From Paraspadella gotoi (lineage: Eukaryota; Animalia; Chaetognatha): a stretch of DNA of 64,000 nucleotides. The translations under genes were made by a program, and so were the position numbers. This document shows, in pieces, positions 1 to 19,164 of this stretch. The notes below the pieces were generated by a model. The model made no database searches. It was given only the letters and a program-made list of their open reading frames with translations, and was not told where the DNA came from. The first letter of the stretch is position 1, and every line of letters begins with the position of its first letter. Location: the NCBI GenBank assembly GCA_051294375.1, contig CM119264.1, positions 29,814,876-29,878,875 of the forward strand. The letters are read 5' to 3'.

Positions 1-267
1 GTCATCCGCCTCGTCCTCTCCCTCTCTCGCGCCTCCAAAGGCGGCGCCGCGGCGTGGTCGGGCGGCGTGGCAACGGCGCCGGCCGACGCCGTCTCCGTCT
101 TCATGGTCAAAAACGTCGTCATGATTTTTCTCGGAGTCAGAAACGTGAGGAAAGTGCAGCGGCACATCCTGAAGCTGCGGGCGGCGGAGGCTGCGGCGGC
201 GGCGAGGGAATCCGGTGTGGCTTGAAGGCGAGTTGCGGAAGTTTTGTGAGGAGTTGAGGAATGAAGA
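1..267 (-). CDS. Probable exon of a minus-strand gene running off the window edge
   Basis: Minus-strand acceptor TTTTTTTCAG at about 268-277, then GC-rich sequence open in two frames to position 1; possible upstream exon at about 1491-1685. Confidence 0.35.
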
Positions 268-3085
268 CTGAAAAAAAGCCTTGAACAATAAACTTGAAAA
301 CTTGCAAATCCTTGTATCGAAGTCTGCTTTAAAATATGCTGTGAATTAGCCAAACTTGATACGGTGTTACTGATGCCTATGATACTGATGATACTGATGA
401 CGACGGTGATACTGTTACTGATGAATCTAGTGATACTGATATTTTTCCGCATTGCACTAGTCATCCTTTTAGAGATTAGTTTAATAATTTTTATACAAGA
501 TTTCACCCGCCTATATATTGTGCACCTTTTTTTTGAATAAAATTTGTAATCCCGACGTTTGGGGTAATGCTACAATATGTTGCACAATTACGGTTGTTCT
601 TTATTTCTATTTAATGTTTAGAAGCATAGGCAATAATTACAATTGCGAAAGGCCAGCTCGTGTTTTCCTTTCTTAGCGAAGAAAATTTAAAGTATTTTCA
701 ACTACACTCCTTCTGAAATGTTCTTTTTTTTCGTCACGAATAGTCATGTCATGCAATGCGCCCTCTTAAAGGAAGTGAGGGAAAAACAAGTGGCCAATTC
801 CTGATTAACTTCTACAAAATAGTCAATAGAGAATATAAGTTTATAATAAATATAAAATATAATAAATATAAGTTTGTCTATAAGCCTCAAATTTAAATAT
901 CATTATTTTCGGTAAAATTTTACTTTCGCCGATTGTGGTTTTTGGCATTTTTTGAAAAACCATTTAAAAATACTTATTTTTAAAAAGAATTAAAAGAATT
1001 AGTACCTAATTACTTTAACCTTAAACCCTCCTAACCCTAACCACCCTTTAACTACCTCTAACCCTGAAGCCCCCCTAACCCCTGACGGCGAAAGTCAAAT
1101 TATGCCTTATTTTCTTTATCCATTAATTAATTAATTAAACTAATTAATACGCGTGTTCGGAAACCTACGAACGTCATTCACAAATTTCACTTTACGCGAT
1201 TTTTTTTCACCTGTTGTTCCTCGTTGCAAAATGTGGCGATCCAACCAGAAAAACGCCGCCATCTCGATGACCTTAAATCTTCGATGTTGATTTTTAAACT
1301 CGCTTCTGTCAATCGACGTGATTTCTTTAATTTCTTTTTTTTTATTAAAAAAATAAAAATAAAACCAAAATGGCGAAGGCTGAAATCTTCTTCGAATGGA
1401 TATTTAATTATTCGGATTTTATTTTACTATATCGAGTACAAAACTTGAATATATTTTCATAAATATAATATTATATAAGTATTTAATTTACCGACTCAGT
1501 GTATCATTGCAAAAGAGCGACTGCACTATTTTTAGCTTCACTATTATTAGTATTAAGGAAGAAGACTTCGCCTTAATCTTCTTAATGTCGAGATCGTATT
1601 CGTGATAAATCGTCCAGCGTCTCCCGCCGCCGCCGCCGACGCCGCGGCCGCCGCCCGTCCCGCCGCCCAGGTACGCCATCGCCAACTGATAGTTGTTCTT
1701 ATGAATGTTGTTTTAATCCTTTTATTTTGATGGTTGATTTATAAATCCATTAGAGGTTCGACTAAAAATAAATTAAATTTGGCCAAACGGGGGGGAAAAA
1801 CCATTGATGAGAGAGAATTAGTAATTACGATTTCATTTGCATCCTTTTCGTTGCAGAAAAAGGGTCGACGGGTGAAATTCACTGAACGAAAAAAAAACAG
1901 CGAAGGTTCTAATCGAGAGACGTTTTATTTCATTTCTGCACTCACTCATTCACTTAATTCGGTTATTGAATATTATCTTTATTTTTATTATTATCTTTAT
2001 AATTATTATTATTATATTTGTTTTTTAATTCTTTTTTATTAACTTCTTTATTATTATTATCTTATTATTATCTTTATTATTCCCTTCATTCAGTTAATGA
2101 TATTATACATAAAATCTCTTTCAACATCGAGATCAACGAATTAATTAATTAATTGATTAACTCTAAACAAAACAAAACAGCTGCGCGAAATTCAGCGAAA
2201 TGGAAACGAACGTGACGCGTCACGACGGGCGACGGGTGACGCGTCCAATCGAGCGAGGAGAAGCGCGAGTTCGTCGTAAATCGTCGTGAGCGGCGAAGTG
2301 ACGCGGCGATCGTCGTAAAGGAATGACGATGGAGCGGAGAAGTTATTTACTAAGTGGCTTAGTGATAAAAAATTTATTTGCAGAGAAGTAGGACATAAGA
2401 ATAGTAAAGTTTGCTGCAAAATGACTTGGCAAGTTGCATTGCGATTATCATGGATGTAAGAAAAAAAGTAAATTAGTGACAAAGTGCCATAGCATTTGAA
2501 ATAAAGGTAAGGCCTCAAAAGTGGCATCATATTGCAGTTATTGTAATAAATTTTGGACAAAGAAAAAGCAAAATTAGGTAGCGGCGAAGTGACTAGGCGA
2601 TCGTCGTGAAGGAAGAAAGACATTTGCGGCGAATTAACATAGCGATCGTCGAAAAGGTAGGACGAAAAAGAAAATATAAACGAATCTTCGCTTCTTTTTT
2701 TTAATTCGTTCACGTGACGTCGACAAACTTCACGATTCCGGTTTGTGAGAAAGCGTTGCCTTCGAAAAGAGGGGAATCACGGAGAGTGTGATTAGTTTCA
2801 CGGAACTAATTCTCCGTTAGGGGGAAACAAATACGAGAAACAAGTAACAAAACAACAAAAACAAACCCGCATTCTGTTTTTTTTTCGGGGCGACATCCCG
2901 ACTTCACGCCCGCATGTGACGAAGAATCGATTAAAATCGTGAAAGGGTTTTATATTTAAGGAATTTCATTTTGTCACGGAAAAAAAAGGTTAAAGTGAAC
3001 CGCCATTGCGGCGCATCGACGTATTTTTTCACTTTTTCTAATTGATTTTTGATTCTCAAAACTTTCGGCGTTTTTTTTACTCAAG

Positions 3086-8238
<5,153 letters not shown>

Positions 8239-8838
8239 TGGAGAAAGAAGACGGTCTTTGATGGAGAAAGAAGACGGTCTTTGATGGAGAACCCTGTATA
8301 TTGTATAACCGGAAATAGTATTATTTCATTTTTTTTTTTTAGGTTTATGAAGATGAGGAATTCTTTTTAACACCGTTTGCTCTGACTAGTCGTTTTTATT
8401 GTCTCGTGATTGTTTTAATAAATACTGTCATTCTAATATTGTTATTATTATTCTAATATAAACAAAATCGATAAAAAATTAATTTGGTCTAAAGTTAAAC
8501 AAAAAAAGGAAATTATCCTCATATTTGACTGAGACTTCCAGGTATCAAACCTCGTGGTCAAAGTATTAAAGTATTAAAATTACGAAATAAAAAAGTTAAA
8601 AATCTAGAATTAATAAAATAGAAAAGCAAAAAGACATGATTACCATTATTCTACTCTGTTGAGAAATTAAAATTTACTTAACTTATGATCGATGTTTACC
8701 AAATCGCGATACCGATAAAATAAGGCTTAGACTCTTAGTTGCAACGGAGTTCGACATTGTGCAATGGATTCCACCTAAATTATTAGATTGTGAGAGACAC
8801 ATTATCCCGTTTGCGGCCAAAGAAAAAATAATTGAAAT

Positions 8839-8932
<94 letters not shown>

Positions 8933-9110
8933 AGAGAGAGCAGGAGAAGGGAGTTTCTTTCATTGGCCACAAACGGTATCAAGTGAATAGACCCTCCAAT
9001 CGTCCGACGCTCGAAAACAAAAAAAGAACGCCGGAACATCTAAGCGCTGCTTTTCATTCTCCTTCGCGCCGCCTCCTAAATCCGACGTCCGCTTTTTCAT
9101 TCTCCGGCGC

Positions 9111-9763
9111 GATGGAACCGTCTCTCCGATCGAAGTAACGCGCGCAAACTTTAAGGAAATAGTCGGCGCCTACGACAACGTCATCGTGGTTCTCGACGGC
9201 GTCATTTGGCGCCAGATGGCGTCGAGGTCGTGGACGGCGCCGCCAAAGTCTGCTCATGGATCCAGAAGATGGAGAAAGAACGTCTACTACATCAGCAACA
9301 GGATAATAAGTCGAGGTGAGGAGTGGAATGGGGACGGAGTCGATGGGGTTCGGCTATGCATGGGGAGGAGGAGGTAGGAGCAGGAGGATAGAAGCGAGAG
9401 GAGAGAGAGAAACAAAGAAACAAATTGCTTTGGTCTGTGGCTCTATTAGTCTACAAATTCAACATCATTGAGTCATTGTGACAAAAGGGTCAAATTCTCG
9501 ACCTTTCTGCTCCTCATCATCATCGTCAAAACTCACCCTACCTTTCCCCCCCCCACCGCCCCCCTCTGGCGGACAGAGAGCAAACTCTGTTCGCGTCTCG
9601 CGTCTCTCGGCGTCGTCGGCGTCACGAAAAACGTCATCGTGACGTCGTCGTCGGTCTAGCGACGCACGTGGCGAGGAATCTGCCGAAGAGGAAGAAGGTC
9701 TACGTGATGGGCGGGAAATGGTCTTAAGGCTGAACTAGACGATCAAAAAGTGAAGAATTTGGG

Positions 9764-9835
<72 letters not shown>

Positions 9836-9839
9836 AGAG

Positions 9840-9879
<40 letters not shown>

Positions 9880-10400
9880 ATTACTTTTCCAGTGAAGTAG
9901 TTCAACAGTTGTTAGATTTAGATCCATATTTCAACCTTCAAAATTCGTCACGAAAATCACCGAGGCGAATATTCACAACGCGGCCTCGACAAAACTTCGC
10001 TCGTCTCACTACGCGACTTGTGAATGTGAATTTTCGGACTTCGACTCCTAAAAATAGAAACCTCGTTGATGGCGGGAAACGATGTGCGAGTTTCTCACAT
10101 CTCACTTTTCTGCGGTGATTTTCCTTCTCACGAGATCCAGTCGAACGTTTTTGACCTCATTTCTATTTCTACGACGATGACGATGACGACGACGACGACG
10201 AGGACAACAACAACGATGATGACGATTCCACCGTCGTCGTCGTCGACGTCGTCGTCGTCGTCGTCGTCGTCGTCATCAGTGGTCGGAAACCTGAGTATGA
10301 TTGTCCGGAAATGGCATCACTCAGTTCCCTCCCTCTCTCTCTTTGTCTCTCTCTCTTCTCTTTGTTCTCTCTCTTCTCTCTCTCTCTCTCTCTCCTCTCT

Positions 10401-10444
<44 letters not shown>

Positions 10445-12183
10445 CCCCTCCCTCCCCCCCATACCCCAGGCCACGGTCCGGACCCCTGGTGGTGACCCCT
10501 TTCTTCTTCGGCCCCGCTCAACTCCGCGAGATGGCGCTCGACCGGAAGTGGCGCTCGTTGAGGTCGGCGCGATCCTCATCTCAATTCGCGGGAAAGCGTC
10601 GCGCGCGGCGTCGTACGTGAGACGCGGCGCCGGCGTGGTGGCGTGCGACGACGCCGCGGGACGGAGCATCGGGGGTGAGTGAGGGGTTAACGTGAATTGG
10701 CGCCGTCCTCAGGGGGGGGGCGTTTTTAACGTTCGCTCTTATGACCCTTTTTTGAGATTCTGGGTTTATTGATCTCGTTTTGCTGAGCAAAGGGCAGGGA
10801 AGCCGATCGCGCAGGGGAGAGGAGGCGATGAACTGATCACGAATTGTTTAGAAAGCTTTTTATTTTGTTTTAATTGTTTCTTTTTTTATATTCATTCGAA
10901 TCAACAAACCCTTTTCCACATCCCTCCTTTTCCACATCCCTCTTCTTTCACATTTCACATCCCACCTCTTTCACAATCCTCTTCTTTCACATTCTTCCTT
11001 TTCCACATCCCTCCTCTTCCTCATCCCTCCATTTCCACATCCCTCCCCTTCCAAATTCAACATCTCTCATCCCTCCTTTTCCACATTCCTCTTCAAAATT
11101 TTACATCCCTCATCTTCTAAATTCCACATACCTCCCTCTTCTAAATTCCATATCCCTCCCCTTCCAAATTCCACATCCCTCTTCTTCAAATTCCACATCC
11201 TCATCTTCCACATCCCTCCTTTTCCACATCCCTCATCTTCCAAATTCCACTTCCCTCCTCTTCCAAATTCCACATTCCTCCTGTTCCACATCCCTCATCT
11301 TCCAAACTCCACTTCCCTCCTCTTCAAAATTCCACATCCCTCATCTTCCAATTTCCACATCCCTCATCTTCCACATCCCTCCTCTCCCAAAACTCATCCT
11401 CCAAACTGTTCCTCCAGATCACATCGTCCCTGGAACCGGTGCTGGACTCAACGTTCTTCGTCAATCCCTTCGCTTCGAATTCAGTTGCGAAGTGAGAAAA
11501 TCCATTTCTCTTTTTCTTTTCCTTTTTTCCCCTTTTCTTTTCCTTTTTTCACCCTTCTTTCCCTTTTCTTTCCCTTTTCTTTCCCTTTTCTTTCCTTTTT
11601 CTTTCCCTTTTCCTTCCATTTTTTTCCCTTTTCTTTCCCTTTTCTTCCTCCTCCGAGTATTCTTTTCCCCTTTTTCCTTCAGGTCTTCGGTTTGCCCCGC
11701 TTCCGCATGCTACGCGCGCTACGCGCCCTCCAACCCGACACTCGACGCGCGACGCACTCTGCTCATCGGCGCCTCGACCGTTGAGGACGTCGCCTTCGCG
11801 GCGCGACAATGGAATCGATTCGTTGCAGACTCTGACTGGAGCGCGGATCGAACGGAGATTGAAGCCATGACGCTGGCAATGGTGAGGGGATTGCAGATGG
11901 AATAAGCAATGGTGGTGTAATGGTGAGGGAATTGCAGAAATTCTGCAATGTAGATGGTGGCACAAGTTGCATACCATGGAAAAGGCATTGCAGATCGAGA
12001 GGACATGACACTAGCAATGTTTTCTACACTTTTAACCTTTTACACAAGAGAAGCAACATGACACTCAATGTGGATATAAAAGCGAAAAGACAATGGGTGC
12101 TGTTAAAAGAGAGAATGAAGAAAAGGGTCGGACCACATGAATTTCCGATGAGCATAAAAACGGACAAATTTGCATTTGACTGA
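9111..12183 (+). CDS. HAD-IIA PGP-like protein, copy 1 (near-identical duplicate with more indels)
   Basis: Same exon series as 15404-18487, differing mainly by scattered 1-bp indels; lies in the 8990-15257 block repeated after the 25-N gap. Confidence 0.6.
10905..11400 (+). repeat. Pyrimidine-rich intronic minisatellite (TTCCACATCCCTCMTCTT-like); duplicate at about 17210-17700
   Basis: Recurrent TTCCACATCCCTC units in the HAD-like gene intron. Confidence 0.8.
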
Positions 12184-12859
12184 GAAAAGGAGAGAATAAA
12201 AGAGACACCAATTGAAAAAAAGCGGTGGGGAAAAAGAGACGAGAGATCCTCTTGGCTAGAAAATCCAATGAGAGAAAACGCGACGACGATTATGAAGACA
12301 ATGAAGAAACGTGAACTCGGGATATCCCGATTATTTTTTATGTAAAGAATTGTTTAAGAGTCAGGGCAGTTGCTTCCGACGTCGTACGGTTTTAAGACCG
12401 TTTGTTTATGACCGTTTATTTATATTTTAATGGACTTTTTTATGATTTGTGGACTTAATTATCGGCCTAATAATGAACTGTTTTTTAATAATTTTGTAAT
12501 AAACAAACAACATTTGAAAATCAGGATCGTCGCCATCTTGAAAGTCACCAGAAAGTCGAGGCTGCTCAAACAGAAATATTATATAAAAATACACAAAAAT
12601 ACAAGGGATAACAAAGTCATTTCGGCGCAACACAATTGAATTTCCGCTTTTTTTTTTTTTTTTTTTAATTTTTAGGGCAAAAAGTTCTTTCTAAAAAAAA
12701 TCCCACTGAATCTCTCCATCACACTTACAAGATAATAACAAAGCATTACCCTGCAAGCTTTCAATCAAGTCACAAGTCACAAGTGCTTGGCTTCCCGTTT
12801 CTCTAAAGTATTTTAATTGTAAATAAAAGTTTTAAAAAAAGTTAAAGTGACTTGACCAC

Positions 12860-13473
12860 TAAGGCGTAGTGAAAGTTACATACGAAAAATTCTAAAAGTC
12901 AATTATGAACAACATACTATCAGTGAACATTAATTTGTAAAAAAAATTAATTTTATGTTTTTTAATTTTCGCAGTAGGTTATATTTATATATAGTATATA
13001 TCCTTATAAAATCGAAAAATTTCAAAATAGGCTTTTCTTAATTTTGATTGCAGATTTGAATTCCTCGTCAAAAGTTGATAAAAGAAAATATAAATCATTT
13101 TTTAAAATTCTTTCATTAAGTGGGTTAAAAATTAAAAAAACAATATTTAATATATAAAAAGTTAATTTTCAGCTTAAAATATAGCTTTTTCTAATTTTTG
13201 ACCACTTAATGAAGGAATTTTTAAAAAAAGAGTTATATTTCTTTTTGTCAACTTTTTATGACGAATCCAAATCTGCAAAAAAATCTTAGAAAAAACTGTT
13301 TTGAAATTTTAACATTTATTGGTTTAGTACTAGTATAAATATGGCCTACTGCATAAATTGTAAAATTTATTATAAATTTTTTTATTATATAAATGTTCAT
13401 TAATATAATATTGTTCGTTCCTCACTTTTAGAATTTTAATTAAAGTTAAATTTAGGAATTTTACTACGCCTTA
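12860..13473. mobile_element. Foldback MITE, hAT-like, with 8-bp target-site duplication (TSD)
   Basis: Terminal inverted repeats TAAGGCGTAGTGAAA / TTTTACTACGCCTTA; perfect flanking direct repeat TTGACCAC (12852-12859 and 13474-13481); long imperfect internal inverted symmetry; non-coding. Confidence 0.85.
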
Positions 13474-13499
13474 TTGACCACCCCAACGTTTGGTTCCAG

Positions 13500-15195
13500 A
13501 AAAAGCGACCACCCGACGAAGTCCCAAAACCGACGCCGAGAGGCGATGCCACCTTTGACGATTCTATCGTCCTTTTCATCGTCGGTGGGCCTGGATGTGG
13601 AAGGGAACGCAGTGCGAGAGGCTTAAGGTGATGTCGTTGGACCCGGATGTGGGAATGGAACGCAGTAGCAAGAGGCTTAAGGTGATGTCGGTGTACCCGG
13701 ACGTGGAAAGGGAACGCAGTGCAAGAGGCTTAAGGTGATGTTAGTGGACCCGGATGTGGGAAGGGAACGCAGTGCGAGAGGCTTAAGGTGATGTCGGTGT
13801 ACCCGGACGTGGAAAGGGAACGCAGTGCAAGAGGCTTAAGGTGATGTCAGGTGGAGCCGGATGTGGGAGGGGAATGCAGTGCGAGAGGGCTTAAGGTGAT
13901 GTCAGTGGACCCGTATGTGGGAAGGGAATGCAGTGCGAGAGCTTAAGGTGATGTCAGTGGACCCGTATGTGGGAAGGGAATGCAGTGCGAGAGGCTTAAG
14001 GTGATGTCAGTGGACCCGGATGTGGAAGGGAATGCAGTGCGAGAGGCTTAAGGTTGATGTCAGTGGACCTGGATGTGGGAAGGAATGTAGTGCGAGAGGC
14101 TTAAGATGATGTCGGTGGACCCGGATGTGGGAATGGAACGCAGTGCGAGAGGCTTAAGGTAATGTCGGTGGACCCGGATGTGGGAGGGGAATGCAGTGCG
14201 AGAGGCTAAGGTGATGTCAGTGGACCCAGATGTGGAAGGGAACCCAGTGCGAGAGCTTAAGGTGATGTCAGTGGACCCGGATGTGGGAAGGGAATGCAGT
14301 GCGAGAGGCTTAAGATGATGTCGGTGGACCCGGATGTGGGAATGGAACGCAGTGCGAGAGGCTTAAGGTGATGTCGGTGTACCCGGATGTGAGTTGATGT
14401 CGCTTGATAAGGTTGCTGGATGATGATGTTGATTACAATGATGACGATGATGATGACGACGATGATGGTGACGACGACGATAATGATGATGGTGACGATG
14501 ATGATGATGATATAATGATGATGGTGACGATGATGATGATGATAATGTTGACGCTTGATAGCACAAGAAGGTTGAAAGGGAATAATTGGCTTAGAATTAG
14601 ATGGCTAAAAACGAGTTGATTAGGGTCTGACAACGAATTAAAATATGGAATTGAAAGAATTGGATAGAATCATAAAAAAGACGGTTCCCCTCCTCCGCTC
14701 CCCTCTCAACGATTTCAGTCGAGTTCAAACTGACTCACATTTCCTCGGGCGATCTCCTACGAGACGAAGTCGCTCCGGGTCGGAACTCGGCGAACGTCTC
14801 AAGAAGACCATGGAAAAGGGAGAACTCGTCTCCATGGAAACGGTGAGTTTCCATAGCGATCGGGGGGTTGTTTGTTGTCCTTTGTTCTTCGTTTTTGAAA
14901 GAAAACTCGCAAACCCAAAGAAAATGGATCGAACATCATCTGATATAAAGTGGCGCGAATTTTTGGACACCATGACTCTTTGATCAAATCTTTCTCTTCC
15001 CCCCCCCCGGACTCACGCAGGTCCTGGAAATGATAAAGAACCGCATGACTCTGCCGTTGAAGAGGAAGGGGCCAAAGGTTTTCTTATCGACGGATATCCG
15101 AGGGAAGAAGAACAAGGGATTCTCTTCGAGTCGATGATTCGTCCCTGCACGCCACCATCTACTTTAACGCTATGGACGACACGATGCTGACGAGG
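13500..15195 (+). CDS. Duplicate copy of the first three visible adenylate kinase exons (partial)
   Basis: Exons 13500-13627, ~14719-14842 and ~15021-15194 match 19810-21535 apart from indels; truncated by the gap at 15258. Probably an assembly duplicate. Confidence 0.6.
13585..14392 (+). repeat. 53-bp tandem array of AK P-loop exon end plus donor (copy 1)
   Basis: Unit GTGATGTCRGTGGACCCGGATGTGGGAAGGGAAYGCAGTGCGAGAGGCTTAAG, about 14 copies. Confidence 0.9.
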
Positions 15196-15403
15196 TTGAG
15201 GGCTTTGATTGATTGATTTGATTGAATGATTTGATCGGTTTATTTAATTGACGATTTNNNNNNNNNNNNNNNNNNNNNNNNNGACCCTCCAATCGTCGAC
15301 GCTCGAAAACAAAAAAAGAACGCCGGAACATCTAAGCGCTGCTTTTCATTCTCCTTCGGCGCCGCCCTCCTAAATCCGACGCCGCTTTTCATCTCCCGGC
15401 GCG

Positions 15404-16054
15404 ATGGAACCGTCTCTCCCGATCGAAGTAACGCGCGCAAACTTTAAGGAAATAGTCGGCGCCTACGACAACGTCATCGTGGTTCTCGACGGCGTCATTT
15501 GGCGCCAAGATGGCGTCGAGGTCGTGGACGGCGCCGCCAAAGTCTGCTCATGGATCCAGAAGATGGAGAAGAACGTCTACTACATCAGCAACAGGGATAA
15601 TAAGTCGAGGTGAGGGAGTGGAATGAGGACGGAGTCGATGGGGTTCGGCTATGCATGGGAGGAGGAGGAGGAGCAGGAGGAGTAGAAGCGAGAGGAGAGA
15701 GAGAAACAAAGAAACACAATTGCTTTGGTCTGTGGCTCTATTAGTCTAACAAGTTCAAGATCATTGAGTCATTGTGACAAAAGGGTCAAATTCTCGACCT
15801 TTCTGCCTCCTCATCATCATCGTCAAAACTCACCCTACCTTTCCCCCCCCCACCGCCCCCCTCTGGCGGACAGAGAGCAACTTGTTCGCGTCTCGCGTCT
15901 CTCGGCGTCGTCGGCGTCACGAAAAACGTCATCGTGACGTCGTCGTCGTCTAGCGACGCACGTTGGCGAGGAATCTGCCGAAGAGGAAGAAGGTCTACGT
16001 GATGGGCGGGAAAGGTCTTAAGGCTGAACTAGACGATCAAAAAGTGAAGAATTT

Positions 16055-16106
<52 letters not shown>

Positions 16107-16660
16107 AGAGAGGAGAGAGAGAGAGAGAGAAGAGAGAGGGAAGAGAGACGAGAGAGAGAGAGAGAGAGAGAGACTTCTATTACTTTTCCAGTGAAGTAGT
16201 TCACAGTTGTTAGATTTTAGATCCATATTTCAACCTTCAAAATTCGTCACGAAAATCACCGAGGCGAATATTCAAACGCGGCCTCGACAAACTTTCGCTC
16301 GTCTCACTAACGCGACTTGTGAATGTGAATTTTCGGACTTCGACTCCTAAAAATAGAAACCTCGTTGATGGCGGGAAACGATGTGCGAGTTTCTCACATC
16401 TCACTTTTCTGCGGTGATTTTCCTTCTCACGAGGATCCAGTCGGACGTTTTGACCTCATTTCTATTTCTACGACGATGACGATGACGACGACGACGACGA
16501 GGACAACAACAACGATGATGACGATTCCCACCGTCGTCGTCGTCGACGTCGTCGTCGTCGTCGTCGTCGTCGTCATCAGTGGTCGGAAAACCTGATATGA
16601 TTGTCCGGAAATGGCATCACTCAGTTCCCTCCCCTCTCTCTTTGTCTCTCTCTCTCTCTT

Positions 16661-16741
<81 letters not shown>

Positions 16742-18487
16742 CCTCCCCCTCCCTCCCCCCCATCCCCAGGCCACGGTCCGGACCCCCTGGTGGTGACCCC
16801 TTTCTTCTTCGGCCCCGCTCAACTCCGCGAGATGGCGCTCGACCCGGAAGTGGCGCTCGTTGCGGTCGGCGCCGATCCTCATCTCAATTCGGGGAAAGCG
16901 TCGCGCGCGGCGTCGTACGTGAGACGCGGCGCCGGCGTGGTGGCGTGCGACGACGCCGCGGGACGGAGCATCGGGGGTGAGTGAGGGGTTAACGTGAATT
17001 GGCGCCGTCCTCAGGGGGGGGGCGTTTTTAACGTTCGCTCTTATGACCCTTTTTTGAGATTCTGGGTTTATTGATCTCGTTTTGCTTGAGTCAAAAGGGC
17101 AGGGAAGCGATCGGGAGGGGAGAGGAGGCGATGAACTGATCACGAATTGTTTAGAAAAGCTTTTTATTTTGTTTTAATTGTTCTTTTTTTATATTCATTC
17201 GAATCAACAACCCTTTTCCACATCCCTCCTTTTCCACATCCCTCTTCTTTCACATTTCACATCCCACCTCTTTCACAATCCTCCTCTTTTACATTCTTCC
17301 TTTTCCACATCCCTCCTCTTCCTCATCCCTCCATTTCCACATCCCTCCCCTTCCAAATTCAACATCTCTCATCCCTCCTTTTCCACATTCCTCTTCAAAA
17401 TTTTACATCCCTCATCTTCTAAATTCCACATACCTCCCTCTTCTAAATTCCACATCCCTCCCCTTCCAAATTCCACATCCCTCTTCTTCCAAATTCCACA
17501 TCCTCATCTTCCACATCCCTCCTTTTCTACATCCCTCATTTTCCAAATTCCACTTCCCTCCTCTTCCAAATTCCACATTCCTCCTGTTCCACATCCCTCA
17601 TCTTCCAAACTCCACTTCCCTCCTCTTCAAAATTCCACATCCCTCATCTTCCAATTTCCACATCCCTCATCTTCCACATCCCTCCTCTCCCAAACTCATC
17701 CTCAAACTGTTCCTCCAGATCACATCGTCCCTGGAACCGGTGCTGGACTCAACGTTCTTCGTCAATCCCTTCGCTTCGAATTCAGTTGCGAAGTGAGAAA
17801 ATCCATTTCTCTTTTCTTTCCCTTTTTCTTTTCCTTTTTTCCCCTTTTCTTTTCCTTTTTTCCCCCTTTTCTTTCCCTTTTCTTTCCCTTTTCTTTCCTT
17901 TTTCTTTCCCTTTTCCTTCCATTTTTTTCCCTTTTCTTTCCCTTTTCTTCCTCCCTCCGAGTATTCTTTTCCCCTTTTTCCTTCAGGTCTTCGGTTTGCC
18001 CCGCTTCCGCATGCTACGCGCGCTACGCGCCCTCCAACCGACACTCGACGCGCGACGCACTCTGCTCATCGGCGCCTCGACCGTTGAGGACGTCGCCTTC
18101 GCGCGCGACAATGGAATCGATTCGTTGCAGACTCTGACTGGGAGCGCGGATCGAACGGAGATTGAAGCCATGACGCTGGCAATGGTGAGGGGATTGCAGA
18201 TGGAATAAGCAATGGTGGTGGTAATGGTGAGGGAATTGCAGAAATTCTGCAATGTAGATGGTGGCACAAGTTGCATACCATGGAAAAGGCATTGCAGATC
18301 GAGAGGACATGACACTAGCAATGTTTTCTACACTTTTAACCTTTTACACAAGAGAAGCAACATGACACTCAATGTGGATATAAAAGCGAAAAGACAATGG
18401 GTGCTGTTAAAAGAGAGAATGAAGAAAAGGGTCGGACCACATGAATTTCCGATGAGCATAAAAACGGACAAATTTGCATTTGACTGA
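15404..18487 (+). CDS. HAD-IIA (phosphoglycolate phosphatase/chronophin-like) protein with degenerate catalytic motifs, copy 2
   Basis: Exons about 15404-15609 (YDNVIVVLDGVIW..YISN), 15873-16056 (KVYVMGGKGLKAEL), 16770-16976 (LDPEVALVAVGADPHL), 17719-17792 (IVPGTG), 17988-18184 (VFGLP..RTLLIGASTVEDVAFARDNGIDSLQTLTG), 18353-18487. Order and spacing are colinear with PGP/PDXP. Small indels present. Confidence 0.8.
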
Positions 18488-19164
18488 GAAAAGGAGAGAA
18501 TAAAAGAGACACCAATTGAAAAAAAAGGGTGGGGAAAAAGAGACGAGAGATCCTTCTTGGCTAGAAAATCCAATGAGAGAAAACGCGACGACGATTATGA
18601 AGACAATGAAGAAACGTAAACTCGGGATATCCCGATTATTTTTTATGTAAAGAATTGTTTAAGAGTCAGGGGCAGTTGCTTCCGACGTCGTACGGTTTTA
18701 AGACCGTTTGTTTATGACCGTTTATTTATATTTTAATGGACTTTTTTATGATTTGTGGACTTAATTATCGGCCTAATAATGAACTGTTTTTTAATAATTT
18801 TGTAATAAACAAACAACATTTGAAATCAGGATCGTCGCCATCTTGAAAGTCACCAGAAAGTCGAGGCTGCTCAAACAGAAATATTATATAAAATACACAA
18901 AAATACAAGGGATAACAAAGTCATTTCGGCGCAACACAATTGAATTTCCGCTCTTTTTTTTTTTTTTTTTTAATTTTTAGGGCAAAAAGTTCTTTCTAAA
19001 AAAAATCCCACTGAATCTCTCCATCACACTTACAAGATAATAACAAAGCATTACCCTGCAAGCTTTCAATCAAGTCACAAGTCACAAGTGCTTGGCTTCC
19101 CGTTTCTCTAAAGTATTTTAATTGTAAATAAAAGTTTTAAAAAAAGTTAAAGTGACTTGACCAC

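Noticed and set aside
1010-1085. Telomere-like TAACCC runs (also TTAGGG-like at about 27220-27330)
   Set aside because: Short, degenerate and interstitial; no evidence of a chromosome end or fusion.
10874-11905. 343-aa and 319-aa (17178-18137) Pro/Ser/Phe/His-rich ORFs
   Set aside because: Mostly a stop-free pyrimidine-rich intronic minisatellite; only the short DHIVPGTG..SCE part is exonic.
13585-14392. Regular repeat arrays (also 19893-20716 and 23272-24103) as CRISPR arrays
   Set aside because: Head-to-tail units with no unique spacers, derived from the adjacent exon, in a eukaryotic context with no cas genes.
18206-18487. Stop-codon readthrough (TAA followed by an in-frame 91-aa ORF)
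   Set aside because: Better explained by an intron from ATG|GTGAGG (about 18185) to the acceptor at 18352, which removes the TAA.
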